Source: Felis catus
Taxonomy: Eukaryota
Assembly: GCF_018350175.1 (NCBI RefSeq)
Contig: NC_058368.1
Location: forward strand, 221,590,001-221,654,000
Reading direction: 5' to 3'
DNA: 64,000 nucleotides
Of this stretch, positions 62,517 through 64,000 are shown in pieces (position 1 is the stretch's first letter; every line of letters begins with the position of its first letter). A model generated the notes under the pieces. The model ran no database searches. It worked only from the letters and a program-made list of their open reading frames with translations, and had not been told where the DNA came from. Made by a program: the position numbers and the translations under genes.

Positions 62517-63160
62517 CCCCTCCTCTGCTTGCACTGTCTCTCTGTCTCTCAAAAATAAATAGATAAACATTTTAAAAAGTTAAAAAAAATAAATTTAATT
62601 ATTATCAGTCTTGTCATGAATTCTTCAGATTTATCCTATTCAGGTTTATTCAGTTTCTTGAATGTTTACATTTATGTCTTCTGCCAAATTTGGAAAGTTT
62701 TCAGTCATTATTTTTTGAATGCCTCTTCAGTCCATACTATGTTTTCTTTTCTTCTGGGACTCTGATGATAGTGAATATAAGTTTTTTTGTTATTATCGCA
62801 TGGGTCCCTGAGATTCTGGTTTTTGTGAGTCAATTTTCTGTTTGTTGTTCAGGACAGATAAGTTATATTTTTACATCTTCAAGTTCATTGGCTTTGTCCT
62901 TTATCTCCACTCTACTATTGTGCCTATCCACTGAGTGTATCATTTCTATTATTACATTTTCAGTTCTATCACTTCCATTTTTTCTATAACTTCTAAATCA
63001 CTATTGGAATTTTTATTTGTATTTGCTTGAAGAGAATGCAAAATTGTACATTTAAATATTTTTCATGATGTCTGCTTGAAAAAGTTTGTAAGATGATTTC
63101 AATCCCTGCATCGTTTTGCTGTTGGTATCTGTTGATTGTCTTTTCTCATTTAAGTTATGA
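61300..63160 (-). mobile_element. Old L1M fragment (endonuclease start and ORF1 remnants)
   Basis: Minus strand gives an EN-like KKIKIYQAN...GKAMLVS segment; also gccaaatttggaaagttttcagtcattatttt and ttcttctgggactct, typical of antisense ORF1. Confidence 0.78.
62322..62590 (+). mobile_element. CAN-SINE with internal 18-bp duplication and long (CT)n
   Basis: TSD-like aagtttaattatt / aaatttaattatt. Confidence 0.95.
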
Positions 63161-63162
63161 AA

Positions 63163-63252
63163 TTCTTAGTTCCTATCTCCAATTTGGGGCTCAACATCAG
63201 GACCACAAGATCAAGAGTTGCATGCTCTATCAACTGAGCCAGCCAGGCCCCC
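63163..63252 (-). mobile_element. Short tRNA-derived CAN-SINE
   Basis: agatcaagagttgcatgctctatcaactgagccagccaggccccc. Confidence 0.85.
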
Positions 63253-63884
63253 TTCTATTTAATCTTTTTTTTTAAAGCATTTAAAAAATATTTCTGTTGA
63301 TGCATGACATGAAGGCTGGGAAGGCGTGTATGTTCAGCTTCCTGTTGGGCCCTATTAATATCACTCTACCAGAAGGGGGTGCTGACTCATATTGCTCTAT
63401 TGCAGATTGTGAGGTGGAAGTTCAGCCACCCCCTCTACCACCAGCAACTTCTTGGTGAAAGCAGGGCAGTGACTCATGCATCTTTGTTGCTTTTAACTGG
63501 GTATATATACTCAGTTCCCTAATTCAGTCCACTGCCATAAGGGAGGGGAAGTGGGAGCTGAATCACAACACTTGTTGCTTCCAAGGAGAAGAGAGGGTGC
63601 TCAGGCTATGCCAAAACTGGGTCTGATAGTTGGAGAGCCTATTGAAAGTTCTTGCTTTTCACACTACCCAAATTCATGCCTCAAATAATGCATGCCAGCT
63701 TCTCACCATGGAATATGTGAGAGATAGTACTGCCTATTTGTTCACGATGTGAACTTTGGGGCAGGGCTTCAGTCCCAACTTCACATTTAAATATGAATAA
63801 TGTATGCATATGAAAAATCTTCAGATGCAAAACTAGACACCCATCTGTGTCTCAATTTTCTTGTCTTTCAAATGGGAGAACTGA

Positions 63885-64000
63885 GGGGCGTCTGGGTGGC
63901 TCAGTCGATTAATAAGGGTCACACTTGGCCTTAGGTCATGATCTCACAGTTCGTGAGTTCGAACACCACCTCGGGCTCTTGCTGACAGCTTGGAGCCTGG
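63885..64000 (+). mobile_element. CAN-SINE (cut by window end)
   Basis: ggggcgtctgggtggctcagtcg...gtgagttcgaac...gctgacagcttggagcctgg. Confidence 0.93.

Noticed and set aside
62129..62566. 145-aa ORF and other SINE-spanning ORFs (34364, 36329, 37270, 49165, 51960)
   Set aside because: Translations of CAN-SINE or L1 sequence with recurrent GSVLTAQSLEP and LSLSLS peptides.
1..64000. A novel multi-gene system, CRISPR array or prokaryotic/viral insert
   Set aside because: No long ORFs, operon-like structure or repeat-spacer array. Composition and repeats are consistent with a mammalian intron throughout.

Overview
AT-rich mammalian genomic DNA from a felid, judged from about 29 tRNA-derived CAN-SINEs including feliform SINEC_Fc-type copies. 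The window appears to lie inside a very long + strand type II cadherin gene, CDH12. The only functional coding sequence I can support is one 295-nt internal exon (40326-40620) encoding most of EC1 and the EC1-EC2 linker; the supplied ORF track missed it. The rest is intronic: an RPL12 processed pseudogene (minus strand), a two-LTR MLT1 MaLR provirus nested in an old L1, an internally deleted old L1, solo LTRs (MLT1, LTR16A-like, MER21-like), DNA transposon fossils (Tigger2a-like, MER58-like), L2/MIR remnants, microsatellites and several repeat-poor blocks that may be regulatory. I found no convincing novel multi-gene system. The most testable leads are a candidate poison or terminal exon at 49989, inverted SINEs around the coding exon, a hairpin inside the MER21-like LTR and a very young SINE insertion. 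Repeat subfamily names come from visual recognition, and boundaries of old repeats are approximate.
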